Notes under the pieces: generated by a model
Database searches by the model: none
Told to the model about the DNA's origin: nothing
The model's input: the letters and a program-made list of their open reading frames with translations, nothing else
Shown: one piece after another, positions 8,874 to 19,066 of the stretch
Numbering within the stretch: position 1 is the stretch's first letter
Layout of the letters: every line of letters starts with the position of its first letter
DNA from: Cyanobacteria bacterium auto_48_18
GTDB taxonomy: Bacteria > Cyanobacteriota > Vampirovibrionia > Obscuribacterales > Obscuribacteraceae
Assembly: GCA_036170915.1 (NCBI GenBank)
Contig: JAVHQC010000015.1
Coordinates: 115,798 to 179,797 of the forward strand
Direction: 5' to 3'
Length of the DNA: 64,000 nucleotides
Made by a program: the position numbers and the translations under genes

Positions 8874-10295
8874 TTGAACCTGCCCGAAGCACTCGAGCGC
8901 CGCCAGTCGGCCCTTTCCAGGGCCAGGGCGCACCAGATGGCGCAGAGACTGTTTGCCCGGGCGGTCGTGCCCAGTCTTTCTCATAAAATCTACACACTGA
9001 TTGGTTTCGCCTGGCCTGTTTTCGGCATTATCTTCCTCACTTTGCTCTGCAGTACCGATTGGTTTGGCGTCAACCTGGTGCAACTGGTCCCTGTGGCCGT
9101 GGTCAGTGCCCTGGCCCTGGGTCATGCTATTGCTCTAGCACTGGAGAGCAGTTGGGCCACCCGAGGCGCATACTTCTTTAAACAGGGCATGCCCTTGATT
9201 TTTTATCGTCACATGGCCACTATCGTGGCTCCTGGGGCGTTCACTGAAAACATTGCCGTGCCGGAAGAGCCTGGCGGTCACTATTCCGGATACGGCCAAC
9301 CAGCCATTGTCTTCGGGCTCAAGCGCGTCTTATTCGAAGCTGTGGACGAGCTATATTTGACATTTCTCGGCACCTTGGAGGTGCGCTCGTATGTGAGCGC
9401 CGGCCATGTGTTCGCCGGCGAAAGCGACAATACTTCTAACAATCAATCACAATCAGACGAACCGCTCAACCGCCCTGATGTGCTGGTGCGCTTGCCGCTT
9501 TCGATTTTGAATCAGTCGAAGCAAAACGAACTGGTATCACTGTTCACTAGCTTTAACCCTGACATTAAAATCAATCAGCGCCTGGCTGAGCGTCTAAATT
9601 CGCCCATTGTGCGCGGCCAAAATCTGATTCAATCATTTGGCGCCGCTCTCCTACTTTTCGCACTCTGCGACGTCACTTATGCCACTTTTACCTGGCTCGA
9701 AATGCTCAAAAATTATTATGGCTCTCAGCTCTGTATGCGCCATCCCGACGAAGCTGCCATCTTTATACCTGGTAAGACTGCGCCTCTGCGCGCCGGGCAA
9801 CTATATGAGCAGGCTGAGCAAATCCGTTTACACCCGGCTCCGCTCTCATGGGCCTACCGGGCGCTTTTTGCCAATGGCAATTCCCAGGCACAGCTACTTG
9901 CCATAAAAGCTGAAACTCTTTATCGCATGGGCCGCATCAAAGAGGCAATAAGCACACTGGAAGAAGCGGTGGAGGTTAAAGCCAGCGGCTTTAAGGCTAA
10001 GCTGCAACTGGTGCGTTATCTGGCAGAGGATGGCAGAGTGCCTGAAGCGCGCAAAATTTTGGCCGCCATTGTAGAAAAACACAAAGATGTGCTTTTGCCT
10101 CGCGTCTACGATGATGCCCTCCTGAGCGACCAGCCTGAAGCCATGGCGGCGGCCTACGGCAAAGATTTAGTTGCTCTCGATGAAGAAGTTTTTGGCACAG
10201 AGCCTGCCTGGCCGCCAGGTGGGGAAAAACCAATCATGGAAATGTGGAAAAGAGACGACCTTACTTTCATTGGCGATCGACTTTTGAAAAAGTGA
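8874..10295 (+). CDS. Membrane protein with C-terminal TPR-like repeats
   Basis: Two N-terminal TM helices, one central TM, AETLYRMGRIKEAISTLEEAV..LVRYLAEDGRVPEARKIL TPR pattern. Confidence 0.7.
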   Translation: MNLPEALERRQSALSRARAHQMAQRLFARAVVPSLSHKIYTLIGFAWPVFGIIFLTLLCSTDWFGVNLVQLVPVAVVSALALGHAIALALESSWATRGAYFFKQGMPLIFYRHMATIVAPGAFTENIAVPEEPGGHYSGYGQPAIVFGLKRVLFEAVDELYLTFLGTLEVRSYVSAGHVFAGESDNTSNNQSQSDEPLNRPDVLVRLPLSILNQSKQNELVSLFTSFNPDIKINQRLAERLNSPIVRGQNLIQSFGAALLLFALCDVTYATFTWLEMLKNYYGSQLCMRHPDEAAIFIPGKTAPLRAGQLYEQAEQIRLHPAPLSWAYRALFANGNSQAQLLAIKAETLYRMGRIKEAISTLEEAVEVKASGFKAKLQLVRYLAEDGRVPEARKILAAIVEKHKDVLLPRVYDDALLSDQPEAMAAAYGKDLVALDEEVFGTEPAWPPGGEKPIMEMWKRDDLTFIGDRLLKK

Positions 10296-10340
10296 GGCGC
10301 TTTTGGCCTCTGAGTAAAGGGGGCGTCTTTCTCGCGCCTA

Positions 10341-10398
10341 AGAAATTTTACAACTCATAAGTTGTAGTTTTTTACAACTTATCGGTTGTAAAATTTCT
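10341..10398. promoter_or_regulatory. 58-bp nested palindrome containing two TACAAC-N6-GTTGTA boxes
   Basis: AGAAATTTTACAAC/GTTGTAAAATTTCT outer arms, ATAAGTTGTA/TACAACTTAT inner arms; function inferred only. Confidence 0.6.
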
Positions 10399-10528
10399 CA
10401 GGGTTTACCGAGTGAACGGCCGTCCTTGTGCAGTTGGTCAAAAAAGTTAAAAGCCATTTAGCTACAAAAATGTTTAAAGCTGACGCTCCTTGACAAATCT
10501 CTAGTAACATTATGGCTTTGCGAGGCTT

Positions 10529-11773
10529 ATGGCTTTACGGGCTCTACTTACCGACAAAAAAACAGTGGTCAGCGCCGCTTGTATTGCTGCTGGTCTGGTG
10601 GCGGCCTTAGACTTTGGTTTTGGCATCACTCACCCGCTTGCATCAATCAACACCGTTAACACCGATAAAGGTGAGCCATATAACACGGTAGTGGCGATCA
10701 AAAAAGACATGGCCGCCACCGGCTCTGGTGCCAATGTCTTTCTGCTCGGTTCGTCACTTGTGGTGGCACCAGCCTTACAATGCGAAGCTGATTTTCGCGG
10801 CCAATCGTTCAAGCGCTTCCATGACCGCCGCCTGACTAGTTTTGAAACTTATCTCGAAGGCGCTCTAAGGCTTCAATCAGGGGCCAAAGTGCCTGCACCC
10901 CGAAGCTATCTTCTTGCTGTGGGCGGAGAAATGGCTTCAGACGCCTATATTCTTACTAAAGAAATTCTCGCCAAAGAAATTCTCGACAGAAATACAAACA
11001 CCTGCATTATCTACGGAATTGCGCCACGAGATTTTCACGATAATCTTTTTCCGCGAGTTGACTCGAGCCCTGTCTTTCGTATTTTTGGCAAGCTTGAAGA
11101 CTTACCAGGGCTCTTTGCCGCTGAGCCCACTCTTTCTGCCGACGAGCAAAAATCTGCCTGCGTTGAGCGGCTCTCCAGTTTTTATCGCTATCGCAGCGAC
11201 TGGCAAAAGCTTTTCGATATTAGAGCCAAAAGACTGATTGAAAAATGCTTGCCTTTTGTAGTGTTCGAGAAATATTCAGAGAGTCTGGCTCTCAAGCAAC
11301 AAAAGAAAGGCCTGCTGCCGGGAGAAGCTATAGGCACACCGCTGGTGGTGCCTCAGACTGCTCTAGATCATGAAAGTGTTGCCGCCACTCATGATGAATA
11401 TAAACGACGTTATAACCCCCTTAAACCGGCGAAGTATCAAGCTCAATTTGCCTACTTCGAGCGCCTGTTGGCCTATTGCCAGGAGCACAATGCCAGTTTG
11501 CTGGTGGTTAACATGCCGCTTTCGCAAGACAATATGGCTCTTTTGCCAAAAGATTCCTACAAAAACTATCTCAGTGGCTCGACGCAGCTCTGTGAAAAAT
11601 ATGGCGTAGAATTTGTGGACCTCAATAATTCCGCATGGAATCAAGAATCGAACTTTGTCGATTCGGTGCATCTCGCACCAAAAGCAAGCCAAGCCTTCAT
11701 GCGAAAATTGGCCACTCTGGCAGCCAAATCAAATATGGCTGTGGCTTCGCGACGGGGCAAGAAAGAAATTTAG
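10529..11773 (+). CDS. SGNH/DltD-like (DUF1574-like) membrane-anchored acyltransferase/esterase, paralog 1
   Basis: N-terminal TM; LLGSSL, YGIAPRDFHDN, VVNMPL, FVDSVHL. Confidence 0.8.
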   Translation: MALRALLTDKKTVVSAACIAAGLVAALDFGFGITHPLASINTVNTDKGEPYNTVVAIKKDMAATGSGANVFLLGSSLVVAPALQCEADFRGQSFKRFHDRRLTSFETYLEGALRLQSGAKVPAPRSYLLAVGGEMASDAYILTKEILAKEILDRNTNTCIIYGIAPRDFHDNLFPRVDSSPVFRIFGKLEDLPGLFAAEPTLSADEQKSACVERLSSFYRYRSDWQKLFDIRAKRLIEKCLPFVVFEKYSESLALKQQKKGLLPGEAIGTPLVVPQTALDHESVAATHDEYKRRYNPLKPAKYQAQFAYFERLLAYCQEHNASLLVVNMPLSQDNMALLPKDSYKNYLSGSTQLCEKYGVEFVDLNNSAWNQESNFVDSVHLAPKASQAFMRKLATLAAKSNMAVASRRGKKEI

Positions 11774-11799
11774 TTGGCTATTGAGTCAGTAAATCGAAA

Positions 11800-12471
11800 T
11801 TAATCAGGTTTCTGGCTGCTTTTTTCTTTCAATGCGCGGCTCAAAAGACCATTTAACATCGAACTGGAAGGGTCTAATTGATGGGCTCTTGTCACAGCGT
11901 CTAACTCACCGTCAAGATCGTTATGCATAATGGCGTCGTGAATTAGAATCATCCAGGCCTGGAGAAAATTTTCGTTAATGGCCAGGGCGTTGCGGGCACA
12001 TTGTGCTGCTGTTTCTGTGTCGTGCATGCGCATGTAAACTGATGCCATGGCTGTTTGTGCCCATTCAAATTTTGGATAACGTCTGGCCAGATCGGTAAAC
12101 AAGTTTAGGGCGTCGCTGGGATTAGACGAACGCAGCAAAACATTGCCTTGCTTATACATTTCATTGCAGTGCGGTGTCACCGGATATAGTGGCAACTCAG
12201 CTTTTAAAATTACTCGAGCTCTGGCACCATATCGGTCGTGTCCGCTTAACTTGTCAATTTCCTGGTAAAGCTTGCGCGCTTTTTCAATATTGAGATTATT
12301 CAGCTCTGCCGCCGCTTTGCTATAGAGATATTGAAATTGTTGATAACGACTGCGGTCTTCCGGCTCTGCTGGCTCTGGCGGCATACATTGCCCGGGTGGC
12401 GGCGAGAGAATGCCACCAAATGAAATTAGAAGAGACACCGTTGCCGCAAACAAAATTGCTTTTACTGCCAT
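11800..12471 (-). CDS. Secreted TPR protein
   Basis: Signal-peptide-like N-terminus; helical TPR pattern (AQTAMASVYMRMHDTETAAQCARNALAINEN); overlaps upstream SGNH gene. Confidence 0.75.
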   Translation of the reverse strand: MAVKAILFAATVSLLISFGGILSPPPGQCMPPEPAEPEDRSRYQQFQYLYSKAAAELNNLNIEKARKLYQEIDKLSGHDRYGARARVILKAELPLYPVTPHCNEMYKQGNVLLRSSNPSDALNLFTDLARRYPKFEWAQTAMASVYMRMHDTETAAQCARNALAINENFLQAWMILIHDAIMHNDLDGELDAVTRAHQLDPSSSMLNGLLSRALKEKSSQKPD

Positions 12472-13718
12472 TGCTTTTGCTTGCCGGCGCTTAAAACTTG
12501 TGACTGCTGGCCTGCGGCAGGCATCACCGCTGTAATGTCAGGGCGATTATTGAGCTCTCCGGCAATGGCAGAAATCAATTTTGCACCACCAAAGCGGTTA
12601 AGGTGAACTGTGTCGAGATAATCAGTGATAACAAAGCGCTGGTCGTCAAAAAGGTCAACGAAAGAGGCTCCAGAAGCCACTGTCTGTTCACGCAAATATT
12701 GTTTGAAATTCGTCCAGAAGGAGGCTGGCAAAATGTGGCGGTTAGACTCGAGGCTAGGCATACCGACAACGATAACTTTGATATCTTGTGCTTTCAAATA
12801 GCTGAGCAGAGCCTGGAAGTAAGCTTTCTGTCCGGCCAGACAGGGAGGGTTGGGGCGTTTATAGCGCCGCACATATTCTCTGCTGTTGTCTACAAAGCTA
12901 AATGGCGGTTTGGCAGGCACGCGCCAGGTACCCTGACGAATGTCGCCTGCAGAGCCTGAGATAGCCTGTAAAACTTGTGTTGCTAGTGGTTGGCTCTTAT
13001 TCTTTTCTAGAGAACCTTTACCTTCCGGATTGGTGAAAGTAGCAATATTAGCCAGACTTGGCGGTTCATTGCCTTTGCAGATGGTATTCACTTGCTTAAG
13101 CGGCAAATGCTTTTTCAACTTATAGTCAAGCAAACTAAATGGGCCATCAAATGAAACCGGCGACAACTCTTCAATATCTACATAGGGGCTGAGGAAATAG
13201 AAAGCGTCAGTGGCGCTGGCAGCAGGCAGATCATTATCAAGGAAATCACGAGGATTGACGCCAATAATCACAGCTTTCGGTTTTTCCTTGCCGCTGAAGA
13301 GTGTCTTGGCCACCAGGTAGTGGTCTGAGACCATAGCGCCGCCCATAGATAAGTTGAATACCTGTGGGGCCTTGCCGTTCAGTTTTTGCACGGCGTCCGT
13401 CAGTCTTGTCACTTCTCTCTGGTCTGTTGTATCTAGCGCCTCAAAGCGATGTTCAGCCTCGGCAGAAAATATGGCAGAGCCCATTTGTGAACTGCCTAAA
13501 ATCGCTAAGTCAGGAGTTTGTGGTTGGCTCAAATAAGCACGCAATACCCACCAGATCCAGGGGCCTTCCTGACGTTTCTCATAGTTGGCACGGCGCAGTG
13601 CATTAAGGTCTAAAGTTTTTGCTGCTGGTAGACCTTTCTGGTGAAAGAGCCCATAAAGAGCCAGATTTGCCAGGGTGAATAGCAACAGTGCGGTGGGAAA
13701 TGCTCTTTTATATGGCAT
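12462..13718 (-). CDS. SGNH/DltD-like protein, paralog 2
   Basis: N-terminal TM; ILGSSQ, IGVNPRDFLDN, VVGMPS, YLDTVHL. Confidence 0.8.
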   Translation of the reverse strand: MPYKRAFPTALLLFTLANLALYGLFHQKGLPAAKTLDLNALRRANYEKRQEGPWIWWVLRAYLSQPQTPDLAILGSSQMGSAIFSAEAEHRFEALDTTDQREVTRLTDAVQKLNGKAPQVFNLSMGGAMVSDHYLVAKTLFSGKEKPKAVIIGVNPRDFLDNDLPAASATDAFYFLSPYVDIEELSPVSFDGPFSLLDYKLKKHLPLKQVNTICKGNEPPSLANIATFTNPEGKGSLEKNKSQPLATQVLQAISGSAGDIRQGTWRVPAKPPFSFVDNSREYVRRYKRPNPPCLAGQKAYFQALLSYLKAQDIKVIVVGMPSLESNRHILPASFWTNFKQYLREQTVASGASFVDLFDDQRFVITDYLDTVHLNRFGGAKLISAIAGELNNRPDITAVMPAAGQQSQVLSAGKQKQWQ

Positions 13719-13721
13719 CGG

Positions 13722-15224
13722 TTACATTGCCCCGCCATTTTTTAAGGAGGCATTTTTTACAGGCTTGGCACCAATTTTGGTGGCATCCATATGAGATGCC
13801 GAGTCTGGATCGGCTTTGTCAACCGGATGGCCAAAGGCGCTCTGTAGTTTTTCTTGCAAACGATCGGTTTCTATGGCATTGGCATTAGCTTCAACAGCAT
13901 GAGCGTGTGCATTCTGGCGCGCCAGCTCCTGACCAGCCATGCGGAATGCGACGTTACTGCGCGGCGTCAGAGTGAGCGAATAGATCAAACTATCGAACAG
14001 CTTTTTAGCTCCAAAACCATTGAGATGCACATAGTCGTGATAATCACTTTTTGCATAGTGCATAAAATCGTTGAGGTCGAAAGCCGTGATTTGCTGGTCG
14101 AAGGCAAACTGTTTTAAAGTCAGCACAAAATTGAAATAAGCCTGGGGCTTGAGCACGGCAATATTTTCTTTAGCGATAGGCATATTGACGAGAATCAACT
14201 CCATGCGCTCCTGGCGGCAGAGCTGCACAAGTTTGCGCAAGAAATAAAACTGCGTGCGGAATGTGTGTTTATCAGGATGGCTGTAACGCTCGACGTAGTC
14301 GGCGGTATTGTCTTTCCAGGCGGCAATCGCTTCTTCTTGCGTGTGTGGCTGCGTGATGATGGCCTGGGCATGAATTTCGCCAGGCTTATAGAAAGGTATG
14401 AGTTTATTTCTTTGCCAGTACGAATAAGCGGTTGTGTTGACCTGCACAGGCGTAATGCGGTCGAGTATGGCCGAGATGGTGTCAACGCTGAGCATCTGAA
14501 AATCAACTGAATGGTGTGAAAAATAGAAATTGCGATTGATAAACCAGTCGAGGCGACCAAGCGGATCGCGAAAAAGGCCGGAAGCGCATTCGTCGGTATT
14601 AACAAGGCGGTTGAGAAAACGGAATGGCTCAGTATCAGTTGGGCTGGACATTCTGCTATCAATAAAGTCACGCGGAGCAACACCGTAAATCACTACGTCG
14701 GGACGATGCGCGGTTGTGAGCATACCTTTCAAAGTCAAGTATGCATCTGAAGGCATCTGCCCGGGAGCCGATAGGTTATAGGTATTGAAGTCGCCACCAA
14801 ATGCGGTGCGCAGCTGATCGTCTAAATAACTGGCTTTGTGATAGGCGGTTAAATCAAGTTGTTTCTTTAGATAGTTGGCATCACAATTAGAAACAGCGCT
14901 GACCATGAGCGATGATCCTAGAAGTGCAACGTTGTGAACTTCTGCCTTTGTTCTTAAATCATTGAAAGTCCACCATGACCAACCTTGATAAGGAAAGCGG
15001 AAAGGATCAAAATTGAAAGGTGTATAGAATGAAAAGGCTAAGTTGACAGCCACAAACATTGCCGCTGCCACAACAAAAGAACTAACGCGGCCGCGCTTTC
15101 TGCGATCTTGAAAATGTGTGCCGTAAGCTTGCGTCTCTTGTTCGCTGGAGCGACGGCGATCGCCGTGATCATTGGAATGCTCAGTGGCATGCTCAATCTT
15201 AATTTCTGGTGCCGCTAGAGTCAT
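13722..15224 (-). CDS. SGNH/DltD-like protein, paralog 3
   Basis: TM near N-terminus; LLGSSL, YGVAPRDFIDS, LVNMPI, YHDYVHL. Confidence 0.8.
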   Translation of the reverse strand: MTLAAPEIKIEHATEHSNDHGDRRRSSEQETQAYGTHFQDRRKRGRVSSFVVAAAMFVAVNLAFSFYTPFNFDPFRFPYQGWSWWTFNDLRTKAEVHNVALLGSSLMVSAVSNCDANYLKKQLDLTAYHKASYLDDQLRTAFGGDFNTYNLSAPGQMPSDAYLTLKGMLTTAHRPDVVIYGVAPRDFIDSRMSSPTDTEPFRFLNRLVNTDECASGLFRDPLGRLDWFINRNFYFSHHSVDFQMLSVDTISAILDRITPVQVNTTAYSYWQRNKLIPFYKPGEIHAQAIITQPHTQEEAIAAWKDNTADYVERYSHPDKHTFRTQFYFLRKLVQLCRQERMELILVNMPIAKENIAVLKPQAYFNFVLTLKQFAFDQQITAFDLNDFMHYAKSDYHDYVHLNGFGAKKLFDSLIYSLTLTPRSNVAFRMAGQELARQNAHAHAVEANANAIETDRLQEKLQSAFGHPVDKADPDSASHMDATKIGAKPVKNASLKNGGAM

Positions 15225-16519
15225 ATTGCTGGTGACTCCTTCTGCACAACCATGGCTTCCTGCCTGGTTGTCTGGCGGAATCTGTCGAAGGCACCATCTG
15301 AGGCGATATTTGAAGGGCTTGTAATGGCAGCCATAGTCGGCTTGTCAGCAGCCATCACTTGTACGATTTTGTCGAGCAGTTTAGCGCCGCCACCAGAATG
15401 GAGGTGTAGAGTGTCTCGAAAATCATCAGTTTTAAAGCTGCCTGTTGCTTGCATATCAAAAAATGTGGTGCAGTCTGCATTGGCCACGGCCAGAGTGCGC
15501 AGGCGGTCACAATAAAGTTTCCAGGTGCTATCGGAAAGCAAATTGCGATTGGCGTCCGTAATCGGCATGGCCACCAGCACCACGTGAATGTCGCGACTTT
15601 TTGCCGTCTGCAAGATGTCAGAGAGAAACTGCATCTGGCCATTGAAAGTTTCAAGTTTGAGATTTTTGTAGCGCTGGCGATACTCGCCGACATTGTCTTC
15701 AAATTTAGGTCTAGCGCTGGCCGCTTCAGGGCTGAAGAAGCACTGCTGGCGGTTAATTTCAAAGGGATGATAATCAGGCAAAAGTAAGCGACGCAAACCA
15801 GCCAGTTCGGCTACTGTTTGTTTCGTTTGGGGTTGCGGTGCCATTTTGTCTAACAGGGCAACAATAATTTTATTGGCATTGAAGACCAGTTGCGATTTGC
15901 TGCCGTAAGTGTAGAAGGCCTGCCCAAGCTCATAACTGAGGCGCTCTTGCCACTGAGGCACAATCAAATCAACACGTTTGCTCCAATCACCAAAACGTGA
16001 AAGGTATTGAAATGGGTCGGTTGCCGCCGGGCTTTGCAAAAGGTTGTCGAGAAAATCACGGGGACCGACACCGTAGACAATTACTTTCGGCGTCTGTTCA
16101 CCTTTGAGCAAAAATTCGGTGATTAAGGCAGCGTCAGAAGGCATTTCTCCCGGCAAGGAAAAATTATAAGTAGAAACTTTTTTGCCGGTTTGTTTAGCAA
16201 ACTGGTCTTCGAAATAATGACTTTTGTGATGTGCTGAGCCATCGATGCGTCGATTGAGATGATCGGCATCAGTACTGTCTAGAGGCACAAGCATGAGCGA
16301 CGAACCAAGAAAAACCAGATCAGGTTTTTTCGCTTCTTCAACAAATTCTTTTATTGCCCAGGTGGTCCAGGTGTTGTAAGCAAAATCAGTGGGTTTGGTC
16401 TGACCAAAAGCCAGCGCGGCCATGCTTGCGGAGAGCAAGGCAAAGCCGGCTGTGGCCACCAAGAATTTACTCTTGAATGGATTGACTTTTATTCTTTTAT
16501 TGACTTCCACACTGTTCAC
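15221..16519 (-). CDS. SGNH/DltD-like protein, paralog 4 (start moved to GTG 16519 to avoid overlap with MBOAT)
   Basis: FLGSSL, YGVGPRDFLDN, LVAMPI, FRDTLHL. Confidence 0.8.
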   Translation of the reverse strand: MNSVEVNKRIKVNPFKSKFLVATAGFALLSASMAALAFGQTKPTDFAYNTWTTWAIKEFVEEAKKPDLVFLGSSLMLVPLDSTDADHLNRRIDGSAHHKSHYFEDQFAKQTGKKVSTYNFSLPGEMPSDAALITEFLLKGEQTPKVIVYGVGPRDFLDNLLQSPAATDPFQYLSRFGDWSKRVDLIVPQWQERLSYELGQAFYTYGSKSQLVFNANKIIVALLDKMAPQPQTKQTVAELAGLRRLLLPDYHPFEINRQQCFFSPEAASARPKFEDNVGEYRQRYKNLKLETFNGQMQFLSDILQTAKSRDIHVVLVAMPITDANRNLLSDSTWKLYCDRLRTLAVANADCTTFFDMQATGSFKTDDFRDTLHLHSGGGAKLLDKIVQVMAADKPTMAAITSPSNIASDGAFDRFRQTTRQEAMVVQKESPAI

Positions 16520-16548
16520 TGATAACCGCCAGCATTCAACAACTCTTT

Positions 16549-18036
16549 TTAGAATTGGAAGTAGATGAAGCGAGGTGAGCTGTCTGGGGAGAAGATTGTG
16601 AGCAAGCACATCAAGGCCACCATCAGGCTGACTTGGACAGCCCAGGGAGGACTTTGATAGAACTTCTTGTCGTTAAGCCAGGCGATGATCGGTTGCGAAA
16701 TCATCAAACCAGGTAAAAGCAGAAGTAAGGCAGGGAAGATAATTGGATCGCGAATTTGCAGAATAGCCAGTTGCGCAGCGCTGAAGTGCAATAGATCGAG
16801 TGGTGCGTGAACCAGCTTCTGTATTATGGCGCCGGCCACATGCATATTGTCGGCACGGAAAAGCACCCAGCCAATACAGACAATATGGAAAGTCGCCACA
16901 ATGGAGAACCAGTGATAGAGCTTACTGGCCATGGGTGACGCTGCAAGCTTTTTGTTGATGCCTAAAGCGTCAAGTACACGCACATATTCTCTATGCAAAA
17001 TCAGAACAATACCTTGATAGGCACCCCAGACGAGGAAGTGCATGGCTGCACCGTGCCAGAGACCACCAAGAGCCATGGTGATGAAAAGGTTGCGATAAAC
17101 AAGCGGGCGAGAAACCCGTGAGCCGCCCAGGGGAATAAAGAGATAATCTCTCAACCAGGTAGACAAACTGATGTGCCAGCGATTCCAGAAGTCGGCCACG
17201 TTGGCGGCCATGTAAGGAAGGTTGAAGTTGATTGGCACCTTATAGCCAAAGAGCAAAGCCGAGCCGCGAGCGACGTCGGTATAACCGGCAAAGTCGAAAA
17301 AGATCTGGAAAGCAAAAGCGTAAGTAATCAACCAGAGATCCACAGAGGAGAAATTCTCGGGATGGGCAAAACCAGCCTGTACTACCATGGCCAGATTGTC
17401 GGCCAGGAGTACTTTTTTAGCCAGACCCATAAGGATCATCTGCATGCCTTCGTCGACATATTCCCATTTGAATTTGAGCTTTTCAGTCAACTGAGGGACA
17501 AAATCTTGATAGCGTTTAATTGGGCCGGCAATTTGCGTGGGGAAGAACGCGGCAAACAATGCAAGCGCTGAGAAGTTCTTGACCAGCGGCTTGCCGCGAT
17601 AAACTTCCACCGCGTAGTGAATGAACTCAAATACGAAAAACGAAATACCCAGCGGCAAAATAATATGCAAGTGGGGTTCTTTCCAATCAATGCCAGCCAT
17701 CGAGAGACCTTGCTTCACTGAGCCAACAGCGAAGTATGCATATTTGAAAATTGCCAAACAGATCAAGTTGACTGCCACGGCAATGCCGAGCCAGACTTTG
17801 GGTGTGAAAATATGTTTGCCGCTGGCTGCCGTAGCCGCCTTATGGATATAGGGCACGAGCAGGAAGGTGGCCAGGGTCAAGCCAAAAATAAGCAAGCCGT
17901 AGATTGGTCGCCACGTGCAGTAGAAAACGTAGCTCGCCACTAAAAGTAGTGGCACTCTCAACCGCTGTGGTGAAATCCAATATAGGAGAAAGACCACGGG
18001 CAGAAAGACTAGATACTGCAGACTGTTGAATAACAA
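16549..18036 (-). CDS. MBOAT family O-acyltransferase, AlgI/PatA/DltB-like
   Basis: MLFNS start, LPLGISFF, FWNRWHISLSTWLRDYLFIPLGG, catalytic GLWHGA, C-terminal FIYFQF. Confidence 0.95.
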   Translation of the reverse strand: MLFNSLQYLVFLPVVFLLYWISPQRLRVPLLLVASYVFYCTWRPIYGLLIFGLTLATFLLVPYIHKAATAASGKHIFTPKVWLGIAVAVNLICLAIFKYAYFAVGSVKQGLSMAGIDWKEPHLHIILPLGISFFVFEFIHYAVEVYRGKPLVKNFSALALFAAFFPTQIAGPIKRYQDFVPQLTEKLKFKWEYVDEGMQMILMGLAKKVLLADNLAMVVQAGFAHPENFSSVDLWLITYAFAFQIFFDFAGYTDVARGSALLFGYKVPINFNLPYMAANVADFWNRWHISLSTWLRDYLFIPLGGSRVSRPLVYRNLFITMALGGLWHGAAMHFLVWGAYQGIVLILHREYVRVLDALGINKKLAASPMASKLYHWFSIVATFHIVCIGWVLFRADNMHVAGAIIQKLVHAPLDLLHFSAAQLAILQIRDPIIFPALLLLLPGLMISQPIIAWLNDKKFYQSPPWAVQVSLMVALMCLLTIFSPDSSPRFIYFQF

Positions 18037-18286
18037 ACCAGGTTCTCCTTGCTCAATTGTATTGCCTGGGGCTGTGCGCTTGTCTCAGTCCCATTGAAGA
18101 CGTTATCAATGGCTTGCGTACATGATATAGGTTAGGTTTCCAGTATGTCTACCGGCCACCAATTCTCTTAACCTAAAAGCTTTATAGTACCGCGGCCAGC
18201 AAGACTGAAGATCGCTCACACAGCGCTATATTGAGCGCTTGACTACGGCGAAGTTTATTTATTTCATCTACAGCATTTGTGAGAAT

Positions 18287-19006
18287 TTACTCACCGTTTT
18301 TGTCTTTAGTGAATCCTTCAGCAACGAGCTGATACCCACCACCGTATACAGTCTTGATATATTTGCGGTCGCCTTTCTCCATGCGGGTTCTCAGATGTCT
18401 GATGTGAACGCGAATTGTATCCACGTCATCATCAGGTGAGTAGCCCCAAACTTCTTCCAACAATTTACCGGTGGAAACAGTTTGACCATGATGTTGCATC
18501 AAGCAATGCAATATTTCGAACTCTGTTGGCGTGAGCTTTTCGATGCGCTTATCGACTTGCGCTTGCAAATTTTCAGGTATGAGAGTGATCTCACCGGCGG
18601 TGAGAATTTCTGGCAAGGATGCGGAATGAGGCACCGATCCGGCGCGCCGTAGCAACGCTCTAACTCGCACCTGTAATTCAGGAATATCAAAAGGCTTCGG
18701 CAAATAATCATCAGCACCAGCATCGAAACCAGCCACCTTATCTTTGGTGGTGGAAAGCGCTGTCAGCATCAGTACTGGAATCGGATTGGTCTCACGATTC
18801 TGGCGCAGTCGCTGGCAGACGGTGAAGCCATCGAGGTCAGGCATCATTACGTCTAAGACAATCAAGTCAGGCCGGTTTTGCGTGGCCATGGCCAGACCCT
18901 TGATGCCATCAGGTGCTGTGATTACCTGGTGGCCAAGTAATTCAAGATTTATTTTTACTAATTCAGAGATCGAGAGGTCATCTTCGATGACGAGGATTCT
19001 TGACAA
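18287..19006 (-). CDS. rpaA: OmpR-family response regulator, RpaA ortholog
   Basis: [63 protein letters not shown] closely match cyanobacterial RpaA as I recall it. Confidence 0.85.
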   Translation of the reverse strand: MSRILVIEDDLSISELVKINLELLGHQVITAPDGIKGLAMATQNRPDLIVLDVMMPDLDGFTVCQRLRQNRETNPIPVLMLTALSTTKDKVAGFDAGADDYLPKPFDIPELQVRVRALLRRAGSVPHSASLPEILTAGEITLIPENLQAQVDKRIEKLTPTEFEILHCLMQHHGQTVSTGKLLEEVWGYSPDDDVDTIRVHIRHLRTRMEKGDRKYIKTVYGGGYQLVAEGFTKDKNGE

Positions 19007-19066
19007 TGTGCTCTCCGTTCTTATGGTCCCTGATAACGCGATAACGCCAGATTACTTCTGTGCGGC

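Noticed and set aside
10490..10518. TTGACA as sigma70 -35 element
   Set aside because: No acceptable -10 hexamer at 16-18 nt spacing
15156..15163. HIP1 (GCGATCGC) enrichment typical of many cyanobacteria
   Set aside because: Only about two copies noticed in 64 kb, close to chance
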